64,000 bases of DNA from Haplodiscus bocki (lineage: Eukaryota). Of this stretch, positions 62,959 through 64,000 are shown piece after piece (the stretch's first letter is position 1; each line of letters starts with the position of its first letter). The stretch is from contig OZ296653.1 in assembly GCA_965655095.1 (NCBI GenBank), positions 40,176,001 to 40,240,000 of the forward strand. The letters run 5' to 3'. Both the position numbers and the translations under genes were made by a program. Under the pieces are notes generated by a model that was given only the letters and a program-made list of their open reading frames with translations, had not been told where the DNA came from and did not search any database.

Positions 62959-64000
62959 CGCTCGAGAGCAATGTTAGGATAAGATAACCCACTTTGACAA
63001 AGCTGTTTAATGTTTGAGCTATGTACCCGAATCTGACAGTCGTGAGTTGTCCATCCGCAATATGTTCCGTCCTAGTCTCCCAGAAACCAACACTGAAACT
63101 GGGTAATCACTTTTGCAGGTAATCAGCGGTGTAGAGGATTCGCCTTAGTCCTATTGTGGCTGGCGTCGGCCTTGGGTTTCAATTGAGTAGAAATCTTGAG
63201 TATGCAAAAAATATTCGTGATTTATAAACTGTTAATTGCACATGATCGCTGATTTTTTTCTCAGGGATTCTGATAATCTTCCCGAACCACCTTATGTGAC
63301 CAAGTGGCGTGGATCCATCAAAATGACTTTGAAGAAGCAGACTGGAGAGTCGCTTTATTTAAAATCGTTATCATCAGGATTTTTATAGTCCAGTTGATCT
63401 GGGGTTGCCTGGAGATGTTGGGACCGGAACCTCAGTCTCACTAGCAAAGTCATTTGTTCATTCGCTTGAGGAGTTTTCTGCTTTTGGCTATTGTCTGATC
63501 GAATATCTAATGACACGACAGTTAGAGCTGCCAAACTTCTTCATCTTGCATGCGACGTTGCATATTTGACTTTGCTAAATTCTAGACATTGCTAAATTTC
63601 TGGCGTTTTTGTTTAATTTGCTTTCCTTCTATGGTGGTCTCTGGATTGGGTTTTTTGTCTAGAAGCTGCATTTTTTGCATCTCCAGTGTTTTTGAAAAAT
63701 GTTTTTCCGAAGTTATAGCAGACATTTTACAGAAAGAAAGGATCGAAATTCAAATGAACTAATTCGATGGCATGAACTGATTATTTTTTCATGAAGAAAC
63801 AGAAAATAAGGAAAGCAGGAAAAAGTTCTAATAATTGTCAAGTTTTTGCAAACTTTCACCAAATATTAAATTGGAAAACAAAAAGTACTGTCCTTGGAAA
63901 AAAGTAAAATATTCAATAAATGCAACAACTAGGGATTCGAGCCCTTTTTCAGGCATGAAAAATAACTCTGACACGTATTTGACATTTGATGTTTCAGGCA

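Noticed and set aside
1-64000. Species assignment
   Set aside because: The gene and repeat content indicate an invertebrate animal, but the taxon cannot be supported without a database search.

Overview
This is AT-rich invertebrate animal genomic DNA, not prokaryotic. It holds one host gene, a DmX-like / rabconnectin-3 alpha (DMXL) gene on the minus strand. I reconstructed 13 GT-AG coding exons between 44597 and 14944; every intron phase matches, giving 7881 nt or 2627 codons, and the reading frame is still open where it leaves the last exon. Bases 1-13186 are the right part of a decayed Polinton/Maverick (adintovirus-like) endogenous virus. It carries protein-primed DNA polymerase B (pPolB), an adenain protease, major and minor capsid proteins, a basic core ORF, an integrase and an A32-like packaging ATPase. 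It ends in an AGTAGT terminus with a 139-bp fold-back containing E2F-like and ATF/CEBP-like motifs. The element most likely lies inside a DMXL intron. The 11.5-kb DMXL intron 7 holds a Helitron (Helentron-type) relic. Just upstream of the DMXL ATG, an L2-clade LINE bounded by target-site duplications (TSDs) contains a younger 5'-truncated CR1-like LINE inserted in frame into its ORF1. The remainder is degraded LINE, Gypsy and hAT relics, MITEs, tRNA-derived SINE-like heads, tandem repeats of about 175-180 bp and 360 bp, and a 74-bp near-perfect palindrome. All family calls rest on motif recognition by eye; no database searches were run.
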